DNA of 64,000 nucleotides from Octopus vulgaris (GCA_951406725.2 OX597820.1:2914001-2978000); one strand, 5' to 3'. Positions 1-13,299 are shown, counted from the stretch's first letter. A program made the numbers and translations. The notes: generated by a model not told the origin, from the sequence alone.

Positions 1-700
1 AAATAGAAATTTTTAATCAGTTGGACACATTAATATAATTTTACTTGAATACTCAAATAGAGCGAGAAGAAGGAGAAAGTCCATGTTGCTACTAATGTGA
101 CTCAGAATATACTACACTTCTAAGAACTCTATGAAGTTTGTTAGGGTCATAGCTTGTAAATGATTGTGGTTGCTTTTAATGTATCAGTCTTTTTTTATCA
201 ACTACCAAATCTAAGACAAGAGGACAGTGTTTGTTTAGAATGGATAGACAGAGTGAGTTGATGGTTTATAGTTGGGTATGATCATAAATATTGTCAGGAT
301 TTAGAAAATATATAAATAATTGTCTATAAAGGAGGCTGGGTAGGGGAAGAACCTAAATCAAGATATTAATTACCAGTTAATGGGGCAAGACACTAATAAA
401 ACCTATAATGTTAATACAAAGGAAATTATCATGGGGTACAATGGATGATTGTATATAAACAATATTGTTCTGTTGTATGAAGATAAAATTTAAGATTATT
501 AAAAATGATATTATAACCAGAATAAATAAACTGTGTATATATAGCAATTTTCAACATAGAAAGGGAAGATTACATAGAATTAGTTTAGTATTCATACCAG
601 TACTTAATTATTTTCTTATAAGGTGATTTCTGTAAAGATTGCTCTGGGTATTTACTTAGGGAATACTGGGGCGATAAATCATGCTATCTTTATATTAGTT
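1..700 (-). mobile_element. Highly degenerate LINE (APE endonuclease-like) remnant
   Basis: Broken minus-strand motifs resembling CPINW (GDFNxPxINW) and LDLV; many stops. Confidence 0.25.
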
Positions 701-2678
701 ATAAGCTAAGAATCAGAAAAAAAAATGGAAAAAATAAGTTGTGCACAGATACATACACATATTTAACTATGTGCATACATACAAATATACACAAATATTT
801 GTACTTTATTATGGGTAGGTTACAATCAACTCTTCCTGACTTAAATAATTAGAAAGTTTATATTTCTCTTTAAGAACATTAATAGCTTATAAGAGATAAG
901 AAGTTAATAAGTAAATATATCAAAATAAGAAAACACAATAATAAGAAATTATAGAGAATAAGAAGAAAATATATACAATACTAGCAGGTAAGTTCACATC
1001 ACATACGACACCAAAATTGATTTCTCCTGTCCAGGTTCAAGTGCAGCACCTATAAACGCTAATTTCAAAAATATTTAAATGTACAGCTGACACTATGTAC
1101 GCATGATACCCTTAGGTCTAATCTATTATTAACCAGGTTGCTCTTATCCCTACACTTAAAAATTTCATATATTTCCATAGAGCACAGCTCACACCCATAT
1201 CGACTATCTCTATAAGGCTGCGCTTTCCTTATAATATCCCATTTAAGGCGAAATTTGATTCCGCTTTCCCTCAGTTCCCAAATCTTGCTAGATGAGGACG
1301 TACAATTGGCCTTATGTTTGAGCCTAAAAGATGAAAAATATTTATTAATGCGATTTTTTAATATTTATTGAACATCCTATATATACAATGTTACCAGCTA
1401 CATTTGTGATAGTACACTTATAGAACACATTTTGGGTTAGACATCAGCCTAATAACGGACAGTGGGATTTAACCCTACAATTGCAACTAGAATTACCACA
1501 ATTAATATTATTGATATTCATACCATTATTATTATAAATATTATTATTAATATTAATCCTACTACTACAATTGTATGTGTTATTTTCATATCCGGTATTA
1601 TATCTCCATATATATATATATATGTCGTTGCCAGTACCGCTTGACTGGTTCCCGTGCTAGTGGCACGTAAAAAGCACCCACTACTCTCTTGGAGTGGTTG
1701 GCATTAATAAGGGCATCCAGCTGTAGAAACTCTGCCAGATCAGATTGGAGCCTGGTGCAGCCATCTGGTTTGCCAGCCCTCAGTCATTCGTCCAACCCAT
1801 GCTAGCATGGAAAGCGGACGTTAAACGATGATGATGATGATATATATATATATGTGTGTGTATGTATATATATTATAGTGTGGTATGCCGGTTTATGGGG
1901 TTAGCCCTGGGTTTCTCGCTCATAAGGGGTTTAGCCTTACTGCGCATCTTCATACTCCAAACACCATAAACGGGGCTAAACCACTATAATATCAACTGCT
2001 CTACATCTTAGGGTGTGCTTCTCCTCCGGATTGATGTATTTCTACAAACGATCCATATATATATCATCATCAACATCATTTAATGTTCGCTTTCCATGCT
2101 AGCATGAGTTGGATGATTTGACTGAGGACTGGTGAACCAGATAGCTACGCCACGCTCCAATCTGATCTGGCAGAGTTTCTACAGCTGGATGCCTTTCCTA
2201 ACGCCAACCACTCCGAGAGTGTAGTGGGTGCTTTTATGTACCACCGGCACGAGAGCCAGTATGGCGGTACTGGCAACGGCCACGCTCGAAATGGTGTTTT
2301 TAACTTGCCACCTGCACAGGATGTCAGTCCAGTGGCACTGGCAATGACCTAGTTTAAATGTTTTGCTCCCGTGCCACCGGTACAAGTGCCAGTAAGGCGA
2401 TGCTGGTAAGGATCACGCTCAAATGGTGTTTTTTACGTTCCACCAGCACAGAAGCCAGGCAGCTGCTCTGGCAGTGATCCCGCTCTGATGGAGCTGTTAG
2501 TGCTCCACTGGCACGGGTGCCAGTCATCGGATTTGGTTCAATTTCGATTTCACTTGCCCCAACAGGTCTTCGCAAGCAGAGTTTAGTGTCCAATGAAGGA
2601 AGGTTGGCATGGGTGCCAGTCGTCGAATTTGGTTCGATTTCGAATTCAATTTCGATATATATATATATATATATATAT

Positions 2679-2866
2679 AGGCACAGGAGTGGCTGTGTGG
2701 TAAGTAGCTTGCTTACCAACCATATGGTTCCGGGTTCATTGCCACTGTGTGGCACCTTGGGCAAGTGTTTTCTACAATAGCCTTGAGCTATAATAGAAGA
2801 CATGTGCTGGGAATCTTCATCCCACATGAGTGGATTTGGTAGACGGAAACTGAAAGAAGCCTGTCG

Positions 2867-2957
<91 letters not shown>

Positions 2958-3177
2958 GTATATGTTTGTGTATCTGTGCTTGCCCCCCACCCCACCCCAA
3001 CATCGCTTGACAACCGATGCTGGTGTGTTTACGTCCCGGTATCTTAGCGGTTAGGCAAAAGAGACCAATAGAATAAGTAATAGGCTTACAAAGACTAAGT
3101 CCTGGGGTCGATTTGCTCGACTAAAGGCGGTGCTCCAGCATGGCCGCAGTCAAATTACTGAAACAAGTAAAAGAGTA
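2679..3177 (+). mobile_element. tRNA-derived CORE-like SINE (octopus OR-type) with central (TA)/(TG) microsatellite
   Basis: A-box TGGCTGTGTGG, B-box GGTTCAxT, CTTGGGCAAGT core, AAAAGAGT tail. Other copies approx.: 4598-5098+, 7150-7545-, 8310-8662-, 11030-11410+, 17610-18020+, 18965-19332-, 28743-28905+, 28957-29900+, 30618-31760+, 40298-40646-, 40983-41391-, 41765-42140-, 43545-43905-, 47245-47605-, 60441-61100+. Confidence 0.85.
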
Positions 3178-3269
3178 ATTTATATATATTTATATATATG
3201 GATCGTTTACATACCGTTTATACATGCATACAAACACAGACACACACACAGAGGCTTCCACTCAATTTT

Positions 3270-3793
3270 CGTCAGTTAAATTCCCTCTCAGGACATTTAC
3301 CGACTCGAAGTAACAGTAAACGACTCAGGGTTGAACACGAAATCACGCGCTCCTAAAGCGCGTGCGCGATAAAGAGTGGTGGTGATGGGGGGGGGGGGGT
3401 CGGTGAGTGTGTATAATTATATATATATATATATATATACTATACTATACATATATATTATATATACTTTGAGAGACAATTTGAAAACTATGTCACTAGA
3501 AAAATAAACGCATAAAACGCAGTGGTATAAGCGATATTAAAGTCGAAACTGTGTAAAGGAAAATAGAAGTTGTGGCGTTCAAACTTTTCCTAAAATTACT
3601 GTGAATGATTCTGAGATGAAGATGAACTTTCCTCCACCACACTTCGAAACATCTCGAAAATCCCAAATCACCGTCAGTAGTACAACTCGCTGTATACATC
3701 CGGTTAGGTTTGTGTACCATTCTCTCAAGTGCTGGGAATCTTCATCCCAGCTCAGCATCCTTTCAACGAGGACAGACTCGTAACATTTTGGTA
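3270..3793 (+). promoter_or_regulatory. Likely MTTP promoter/5' UTR region
   Basis: Local CpG enrichment (e.g. ACGCGCTCCTAAAGCGCGTGCGCG at ~3346-3368) directly upstream of exon 1 in otherwise CpG-poor DNA; the TSS cannot be determined. Confidence 0.4.
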
Positions 3794-3863
3794 ATGGCAT
3801 TCCCAAGGAATAATACCCGTTCTTACTTTCTGCTTTGTTACGCGTTGATTTCTTTATTTTCAT
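3794..3863 (+). CDS. MTTP: MTTP exon 1 (signal peptide MAFPRNNTRSYFLLCYALISLFS)
   Basis: ATG at 3794, hydrophobic signal-peptide-like stretch, donor GTGAGT at 3864; phase 1 joins exon 2 in frame (T+AT = Tyr). Confidence 0.8.
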
Positions 3864-4277
3864 GTGAGTATCCACGATTTGCTTTTTTTTTTTTTTGTTT
3901 TTAAAGTGGCATTTTAGAGATTTCTAGAAATGATCAACAACTGAGTCGGACGGAGGGGGGTGGGGCTCGGAATCCCGAAGCCTTACGTTGTGGACAAAAC
4001 AAGATTTCGCTCGCAAAAAAAATAATTTAATTCCTTCTGATATAATATCAAATTATTATTATTATTGGAGTGAAAAATTGTTGACAAAAACGATGTGTCC
4101 CGAAAGTATTTCGTTTTAGCAGGAAAGAAAACTTTACGGAGATTGGGAAACATTAAGCGATGAAATTGTGAAGAACTTAACAATAATTATTTATTGTGTG
4201 TGTGTACATATATATTCTCATACATATACACATGCATATGCATACACACATTGTGTATGTGGTTGTGTGTATGTATG

Positions 4278-4316
<39 letters not shown>

Positions 4317-4400
4317 CCTTTATGGACGGGAAACCTGAGGTAATCCCATAAACTGGCTTTCCCCCTTTTTAATATATATATATGTATGTATATAAATATA

Positions 4401-4446
<46 letters not shown>

Positions 4447-4796
4447 TTTATATACATATACGCACACATATGTATATGCGTGTATGTATATATATATATA
4501 TATACACACACATATTTTTACCTACATTATGTATATATATACACACACACACACAAAACATATATATATTATGTAGAAGTGGCTGTTTGGCAAGATAGGC
4601 GTAGGAGTGGCTGTGTGGTAAGTAGCTTGCTTACCAACCACATGGTCCCGGGTTCAATCCTACTGCGTGGCACTTTGGGCAAGTGTCTTCTACTATAGCC
4701 TCAGGCCGACCAAAGCCTTGTGAGTGGATTTGGTAGACGGAAACTGAAAGAAGCCCGTCGTATATATGTATGTGTGTGTGTATATATATATATGTA

Positions 4797-4851
<55 letters not shown>

Positions 4852-4852
4852 A

Positions 4853-4883
<31 letters not shown>

Positions 4884-5096
4884 GTTGTATTGTGTGTGTG
4901 TGTCTGTGTTTGTACCCCCCAACATCGCTTGACAACCGATGCTGGTGTGTTTACATCCCCGTAACTTAACGGTTCGGCAAAAGGGACCGATAGAATAAGT
5001 ACTACGCTTACAAAGAATAAGTCTTGGGGTCGATTTGCTCGACTAAAGGTGGTGTTCCAGCATGGCCGCAGTCAAATGACTGAAACAAGTAAAAGA

Positions 5097-5132
<36 letters not shown>

Positions 5133-5689
5133 CAAACACACACACACACACATATGTGCGCACCCCCCCCCCCATATTTTTGTTTGAAATGTTTGTGTGT
5201 GTGACCTTTTTTTTTTTAAATTACATCAGTCATATTTCCAAAACATCGTTGTTATAACTAAATTCTTGATGGAAAGGAATAACTTTCCTGAACTCGTCAG
5301 TTGTTTCCCTTCCCCTGTACCACGAGCCTGTATATGTGTATATATATATCGTTTTTGGATTTGGTTTGTAAGATTCTTTATATGAGTTCGTGTGTTGAAG
5401 CATATTCTGTTGTGTCTGGAGAGAGTCATTCTCTTTCAGTGCCCTACAATGTAACACACTCACCGGTAAAATTTCCACTTATTTCTTATTTTTAATTTTT
5501 TTAAAAATATTTTTATTTTCCTATAAGAATAAGAATATAAAAATAAGAAATAAGTGGAAATTTTACCGGTGAGTGTGTTACATTATAAGGCACAAAAAGA
5601 AAATTACTCTCCCCAGACACAACAGAATATATATATAGGACATGCACAAGGAATGTTTTAGTTTGACAGTCAATAAAAAGAGAAAATTT

Positions 5690-5722
5690 TTTGACGTTTC
5701 GAGCCTAGCTCTTCTTCAGAAA
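5690..5722 (-). ncRNA. Minimal hammerhead ribozyme-like motif (Penelope pLTR type)
   Basis: UUU-CUGAAGA-A-GAGC-UAG-GCUC-GAAAC-GUC-AAA; palindromic ACGU stem III, weak stem I. Confidence 0.45.
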
Positions 5723-6189
5723 GGAGAAAGGGAAAAGTCCAAAGAAAGAAAAGAAATCGCCAACAGCACAGCACATGTGTAGTTACATTGCTGAAGTATA
5801 TGTCTGTCATTGTTCAGTTTTATTTCAAGATTTTTTGCCAATAGAGAAAGAGCTGGTTTCTAACCCAGATCCAAGGCTCCTTCATTGGAATTTCAACATC
5901 AACAACAGGGTATGTTTGTATGTACGTATGTATGTATGAATGTATGTATGTATGAATGCATAATGTATGTTTTATGCATTCTCATGCATATAGCTACATA
6001 TCTAGACATGCTCATATATATATTTAAATGCTAAACTTCTGTAAAGTTTTACAGATTTTTACAGTTCCAGTGATGGATTGGATCTGTTGTCTTCCAATTA
6101 GCTTTCTCGTTTCTGGTTTTGTGAAGCTTAATTTCTCAAGATTGGTATTTAGGCAGTGTGTTACATATCCCAGGGCCCCAATAATTGCA

Positions 6190-6878
6190 GGTGTGGAGGT
6201 GCAATGGCCCAGTGGTTAGGGCAGCGGACTCGTGGTCATAGGATCATGGTTTTGATTCCCAGACCGGGCGTTGTGAGTGTTTATTGAGCAGAAACACCTA
6301 AAAGCTCCACAAGGCTCTGGCAAGGGGTGGTAGTGAACCCTGCTGTACTCTTTCACCACAACTTTCTCTCTCACTTGCTTCCTGTTTCTGTTGTACCTGT
6401 ATTTCAAAAGGGGCCAGCCTTGTCACACTCTGTCACGCTGAATCTCCCTGAGAACTACATTAAGGGTACATGTTTTGTTGTTGTTTGTTCCTTCTCGAGC
6501 CATACCTGGCTCATAAGGGCCAGTTTCCCGGTTTCTTGGTGTATAGGTTCCCCACCTGGATGGTACGCCAGTCCATTGCAGGTGAGCTGCAAGATGCAAG
6601 AGGAAAGAGTGAGAGAACGTTGTGGCGAAAGAGTCAGCAGAAGTTTCGCCATTACCTTCTGCCGGAGCTGCATGGAGCTTAGGTGTTTCGCTCATAAACA
6701 CACACATCGTCCGGTCTGAGATTCGAACTCGCGATCCCTCGACCGCAAGTCTGCTGCTCTAACTACTAGGTCATGTGCCTCCACATAGGGTACACGTGTC
6801 TGTGAAGTGCTCAGAGTAGGCTGTTCCGTTGATCAGATCAACTAGAACCCTCATTGTTGTAACAGACGGAGTGCCGTA
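6190..6878 (+). mobile_element. Third tRNA-SINE family, with an opposite-strand related SINE nested inside (approx. 6472-6786)
   Basis: TGGCCCAGTGG A-box and GATTCCC B-box; the nested insert is flanked by an AGGGTACA(T/C)GT duplication. Related copies approx. 11765-11985+ and 44220-44540-. Confidence 0.7.
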
Positions 6879-7135
6879 GTAATTACAGGTATAAACCTGA
6901 ACTTGTAATTTGGATAGAGTAACTGCAGATTTCTCAATACTTCAGCGTCGGTGTTCCCTTTTCCACTGATCTTCAGCTTTACGTTAACATCCATTGGGCA
7001 GCTAATTTCCACAACTGTGCACCGTTTCTCTTCTCTATCCCAAATCATTATATCAGGTCTGTTGTGCTTACATTTTATTGAGGTCTTCTCTGGTACATTC
7101 CACCAGTATTCCTCTTCGTTATGAGTGGTTAACAC
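6879..7135 (-). mobile_element. R4/Dong-like non-LTR retrotransposon fragment, restriction-like endonuclease domain
   Basis: YWWN...HNRPDIMIWD...VVEISCP (PD-(D/E)xK type). A second fragment lies at ~35265-35460; probable 3' ends sit in (TAA)n at ~13845-14040, 36215-36350 and 38140-38350. Confidence 0.8.
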
Positions 7136-9578
7136 TTTAACAATACTCTTTTTTTCTTGTTTCAGTCATTTGACTGCGGCCATGCTGGAGCACCGCCTTT
7201 AATTGAGCAACTCGACCCCGGGACTTATTCTTTTGTAAGCCCAGTACATATTCTATCGGTCTCTTTTGCCGAACCGCTAAGTAACGGGGACATAAACACA
7301 CCAGCATCGGTTGTCAAGCAATGCTAGGGGGACAAACACAGACACACAAACACACATATATATATATATATATACATATATACGACAGGATTCTTTCAGT
7401 TTCCATCTACCAAATCCACTCACAAGGCTTTGGTCGGAACGAGGCTATAGAAGAAGACACTTGCCCAAGGTACCACGTAGTGGGACTGAACCTGGAACCA
7501 TGTGATTGGTAAACAAGCTACTTACCACACAGCCACTCCAGTGCCTATGCGTTTTTTTTTCTTTGTCCTTGGGATTATCCTTCCAAGTATGTATCTTTGT
7601 ATTTGTGTGTGCGTGAGTGTCTTTGTATCTGTGTCTTGACAACTTTGTTGGTGTGTTTACTGTAACCTAGCAGTTCGGCAAATGATACCGATAGAATAAA
7701 TACCAGGCTTACAGAAATATAAATACTGGGGTTGATTCATTTGATTTTTAAAAAATTGTTTAAGGCACTGCCCCAGCATGGCCACCACAGTCTAATGATT
7801 GAACCAAGTTAAAGATAAGAGATAAAAAAAGGAGCCCCCATACCTGACCAGACCTGTCATATTGTCTTAATTAAATACCTGTGATTTACTGTCAATAACA
7901 TCTGTTAATTGCCAGCTAATGTACTTGAAGGAACAACAAATGTGGCTGAACTCCTCTAAGACTTGATGGAATGAAACCAAAGAACATTTAAAATTAGATG
8001 ATTTCAGCATCCATCCATCAGTGAGTTGGCAGAATCAATAGAGTGTCAGAGGAGAGAAACACTTTACCATTTTATGTCCTGAGTTCAAATCCTGTTGGGG
8101 TCAACTTTGCCTTTGAACCTTGTAAGTTTGATGAAATTTGCATGGATTTGAGCAGGTTTTTTTCCTCTTCCTTGTGTCAGGTGAGGAACTGCAACAGACC
8201 CACCTAACCCATACCTGTCTGGATAGATGGACGTAAAAGGGTAGTTGGAATTATTTCTGTAACAAATGTTTAAAATACGCAATGAATTTACATTCTTTTA
8301 GACTTCTATTTGTTTCAGTCATTTGACTGCAGCCATGCTGGAGCACTGCCTTTAGTAGAACAAATCACCCCTGGGACTTACCCTTTGTAAGCCTAGTACT
8401 TATACTATTGATCTCTTTATTGAACTGCTAAGTTACAAGGACGTAAACACACCAACATCGGTTGTCATAAGATGGTGATGGGGGGGGCAAACACACACAC
8501 ACACACACGACAGGCTTCTTTCAGTTTCCATCTACCAAATCCATTCACAAGGCTTTGGTTGGCCCAAGGCTATTGTAGAAGACACTTGCCCAAGGTACCA
8601 CGTAGTGGGACTGAACCTGGAACCATGTGGTTGGTAATCAAGCTACTTACCACACAGCCACGCATGACACCTCTCATTTAGTTAAATCTTGGTATGAAAT
8701 TGTTTCCATTGATAGTTTTAGCTTTGGTGCATGTATAAGTCACCCCCTAGTTTTTACAGCAGAAATCATGTTTAAAACAAGAGAGACGACTGTGCTGGTA
8801 TGGTCAAGTGTTGCGAATGGATGAGAACAGCTGTGTGAAAAAAGATCACATCCTAGCAGTTGAGGGAACCTGTGGAAGAGGTAGACCCAGGAAGACCTGG
8901 GAATGAGATGGTGAAGCGTGACCTTCGAACATTGGACCTTACTGAGGCAATGACTAGTGACCGAGACCTTTGGAGATATGCTGTGCTTGAGAAGACCCAG
9001 CAAGCCAAGTGAGACCATAACCCATGGCCTATGCCAGTGGTGCATAACCAGCCCACTTATGAGTAACCTTCATTCATTGGACAATAAACTTTGCTTGCAA
9101 AGACCTGCTGAGGCAAGTGAAATCAAAATCGCTGACGTGGCTGATGACTGGCTCCTGTGCCGATGGCACATAAAAAGCACCATTCAAGCAGGATCACTGC
9201 CAGCGTTGCCTTACTGGCACATGTGTCGGTGGCACGTGAAAAACAGCATTTGAGTGTGGCCATTGCTAGTGCCACCGGACTGGCTCCCGTGCAGGTGGCA
9301 CGTAAAAAACACCCTTTGAGCATGCACCCACTGCACTCTCGAAGTGGTTGGCGTTAGAAAGGGCACCCAGCTGTAGAAACTTTGCTAGATCAGATTGGAG
9401 CCTGGTGCAGCCTTCTGGCTCGCCAACCCTCAATCGAATCATCCAACCCATGCCAGTATGGAAAGCGGATGTTAAACGATGATGATGATGAATTACACAT
9501 AAGTAAATACAGTTGTTTGTTTTTCAATTGAAATATTTTAAATGAAACCTGATTTTTTGAAATTGCTTTATTTTACAG

Positions 9579-9748
9579 ATCTTACGGCTGGCTTTCAAGT
9601 AGGTGTTTCTTATCAGTATCAATATGAAACTTCAGTTTTATTCAATGAAGTCCATCACAAAACACCAAATGAGGACAAGCTCATCTTGGCAAAGGTTGTT
9701 GTTACCCCTTTGTATCAACTCGGAGAGAGGAAGTTTGTCAAGTTACAG
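9579..9748 (+). CDS. MTTP: MTTP exon 2 (LTAGFQVGVSYQYQYETSVLFNE...KFVKLQ), N-terminal beta-barrel
   Basis: ttttacAG acceptor, GTTAGT donor, open frame; Y-x-Y-x-T-x-V start typical of large lipid transfer proteins. Confidence 0.9.
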
Positions 9749-10564
9749 GTTAGTCCACAAATTATTTGTGTTAAGGAGAGTATTTTAGTTTGCTTGAAGC
9801 ATTGTGTATTGTTAGTAAAAAATAAATAAGAAGAAGAAAAAGGGCTTTGAATGGCAAAACAATGCACTGTAATAACTGGTGTAGTTTAATCATCCATGGT
9901 CTGCTGAGCACTGAATACAATAATTTCATTATTATCAATATAATATTTCGGAATATAAAAAAAAGAAAAAAAGCAGTGTTACGGATGTGCCAGCACACAC
10001 ACGCTTGAGACATGGTCACCATCACAGACTTCTCACAAAGAATTCCAGAAGGGACTTCGTGAGACCAGTGCACAGACGCTTCCAGGGAAAAGACAAAATA
10101 TAAAAAACATTGGAAAGCCGATTATAGCAGTGACTCGATCAATCCCTGGGGATATCAGAAGAAGGAATTTTTATATTCCGCAATATTATTATATCAGACT
10201 ATGGACGATTGAATTACAAGAGTCCATTGTTGCTATTTTGGTGGATTGTTGGTGCCATTCAAAACATTATTATTATTATTATTATTTGTATTATAATTGA
10301 TATTCTTCCTCTCAATCATGTAATGCTCGTTATCTTTGTACTTATTAGTCATTTTATACGGTGTTGATGAATTCTTTTAGATTGTAGCTATTGTTTCATA
10401 TAACAGAAGAAGATTATTGGGAGGGGGGCAGCCATTTGGATAGTGGCAAAAAGGGTTGAAGCTGATGGGACAGTTGGCCTGTTTCGGTGACCACAGTACG
10501 GGTTTGGCTTAAAGCCAAACACACACACACACACACTCACATCATCATCATCATCATCATCACC

Positions 10565-10598
<34 letters not shown>

Positions 10599-10642
10599 TC
10601 ATCACCACCACCACCACCACCACCACCACCACCACCATCATC

Positions 10643-10676
<34 letters not shown>

Positions 10677-11192
10677 ATTCATCCATCAATCCATTTGTTT
10701 TCCATGCTGGCATGGATTGGATGATTTAACAGGGGCTGGCAAACCAGAGAGCTACACCAGGCCCCAGTTGTCTGCTTTGGTTAGGGTTTCTACAGCTGGA
10801 TGCCCTCCTTCCTAATGCCTCCCACTTTACAGAGTGTACTGGGTGCCGTTCATGTGCCACCAGTACCATCAGGATTACCAAACAGCTTGCAAGATAAAGG
10901 CCTTCAGCTGAAAGAAGTAACACAAAAGATAAAAGACAGACTTCTGAGAAGGGAAACAAGGCACAAACTCCGGGAACTCCCAAAAGTAATATTTTTGAAA
11001 CAATATTCATAAAATTTATAAAAATTAAATGCAGGAGTGGCTGTGTGGTGAGTAGCTTGTTTACCAACCACATGGTTCCGGGTTCAGTCCCACTGCGTGG
11101 CATCTTGGGCAAGTGTCTTCTGCTATAGCCCTAGGCCGACCAAAGCCTTGTGAGTGGATTTGGTAGACGGAAACTGAAAGAAGCCCATCGTA

Positions 11193-11223
<31 letters not shown>

Positions 11224-12478
11224 GTATGTGTGTGTGTTTGTGTGTCTGTGTTTGTCCCCCTAGCATTGCTTGACAACCGATGCTGGTGTGTTTATGTCCC
11301 CGTCACTTAGCGGTTCGGCAAAAAGAATAAGTCCTGGGGGTCGATTTGCTCGACTAAAGGCGGTGCTCCAGCATGGCCGCAGTCAAATGACTGAAACGAG
11401 TAAAAGAGAGGCAGGCTTATCAGCCATTTCTTCATTAGAAAATTATGTTAAATCATTGCAGCATTTATAATGAAATAAAATAGAAACTATTTATTATGTA
11501 TATTTGAGATAATTAATGTAACGAGCTGATAGGGTCGTTAGTATGCCAGGCAAAATGCTTAGTGGCATTTTGTCCCTTTTTATGTTCTGAGTTCAAATTT
11601 TGCTATGGCCAACTTTGCCCTTCATTCTTTCAGGATCAACAAAACAAGTACCAGTTGTGTACTGGGGGTTGATGTAATCGACTGACTCCCGCCCCAGAAG
11701 TTCCTGGCCTTGTGTCACAATTTGAAACCAATATTTGAGATAATTAATTCACTGTAGTGAAGGTGCGTGACTTAGCCACTCGGCTGGCAAAAATGAGTAA
11801 TACCTGCATTTCAAAGGGGCCAGCCTCGTCGCATTCTGTGTCACACTGAATCTCCCTGAGAACTACATTAAGGGTACACGTGTCTGTGGAGTGCTCAGCC
11901 ACCTGCACATTAATTTCATGAGCAGGCTCTTCCATAAATCAGATCAACTGGAATCCTCGTTGTCGTAACGAATGGAGTGCCAGTTAATTAATTCACTGTT
12001 TTATGCAAATGATGTGACATGGCTGTGTGGTAAGAAGTTTGTTTCTCAATCACTGGCTTTCAGGTTCAGTCCCTCTGTGTGGCACCTTGGGCAAGTGCCT
12101 TTTAACATAACCCTGGGTCAACCAAAGCCTTGTGAGTGGATTTGGTAGAAGGAAACTGAAAGAAGCCCATCACATGTGTGTGTTACTGTCTCCTTGCTAT
12201 GTCATCACATTGTAGTTGTTAATGGATGTCAGCATCATGCAAGCAGTGTCCTTCCTTTCCAATATTCCCTGAAAATGTGTCCAGCCATGGGGAAGTATTA
12301 CCTTACTTGGAGACAGACGAGAGTTTGGGACAGGAAGAGCATCCAGCCACAAAACATCCGTCTTCAACATATTCCATCCAACCCATGCAAGCATGGAAAA
12401 GTGGATGCTGAAACGATGATGATGATGAATGCTGTTGTAAATAGTTCAGCGTCTTTGTAATGGTCCTTTCTTTTCTAG

Positions 12479-12685
12479 GTCCTGAAACCTGATAAAGATG
12501 CCGCAGGTTCTCATTCGAAATATATAAAACGACTCCAGAAGTTTCCCATATTCTTTGAAATCCATGAAAATGGAGAAGTGACCAATTTATATATGGCAGC
12601 AACTGATTCCATATTTTCAACAAACTTCAAGAAAGGTATCATTAATTTATTCCAGCTGAAGACATCAGAAGAAACATCAACAGAA
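12479..12685 (+). CDS. MTTP: MTTP exon 3 (VLKPDK...NFKKGIINLFQLKTSEETSTE)
   Basis: ttttctAG/GTGAGT, 207 nt; NFKKGIINLFQ resembles human MTP NIKRGLASLFQ. Confidence 0.93.
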
Positions 12686-12877
12686 GTGAGTATATTCTTC
12701 AAAATTCTCATTTTATAAACTTTACTCTATTCCTAAACATTACAAGTTCCAAATAATGTGGTCGATAAATTGGATGTTCTTCAGTTTCAATTATTGGTTT
12801 TATTAGTCGATGGAACAGACAGACTACCAAATGTTTCCAAGTCTTTGGCCATTGCTTTTATTGACCTAATTCATATT

Positions 12878-13029
12878 TATCTAAACCCGTGGTCTGTGGA
12901 CCCCTGGTGGTCCACAAAGCTAATCTGTGAACGTGTTAAGCTGACAGACCTTTCAATATCCTGGGGCCTGTGGGAAAACTCATTTAGATAAAAGGGGTCC
13001 TTGGTGGTGAAAAGTTTGGGAACCACTGG
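12878..13029. mobile_element. hAT-like MITE remnant
   Basis: Right end reads CAGTGGTTCCCAAAC on the minus strand; GGACCCC/GGGGTCC subterminal motifs. Confidence 0.55.
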
Positions 13030-13299
13030 TCTAATTCCTAAGATTTTCTTGCTTCTTTTCAGATTATTATTATTATTATTATGCAGAATCGTTACAGAAC
13101 CAAACGAAATGCTTAATGGCATTTCTCCTGGTCTTAGATTCTGAATTTTAATTCTGTCAAGATAAACTTTGTCTTTCAACCTCATGGGGACAATGAAATA
13201 AGTTCTAGTTGAGCATTTGGGTTGACTCACCTCCTCACCTAAAATTTCAGGCCTTGTGCGTAGAATAGAAAGAATTATTAATATTGTTATTGTTATTGT

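Noticed and set aside
3731-3751. 5' UTR hairpin as an iron-responsive element
   Set aside because: Loop AUCUUCA is not CAGUGN and there is no C bulge.
4598-4675. tRNA-like A/B boxes
   Set aside because: SINE heads continuing into core and tail; no complete cloverleaf.
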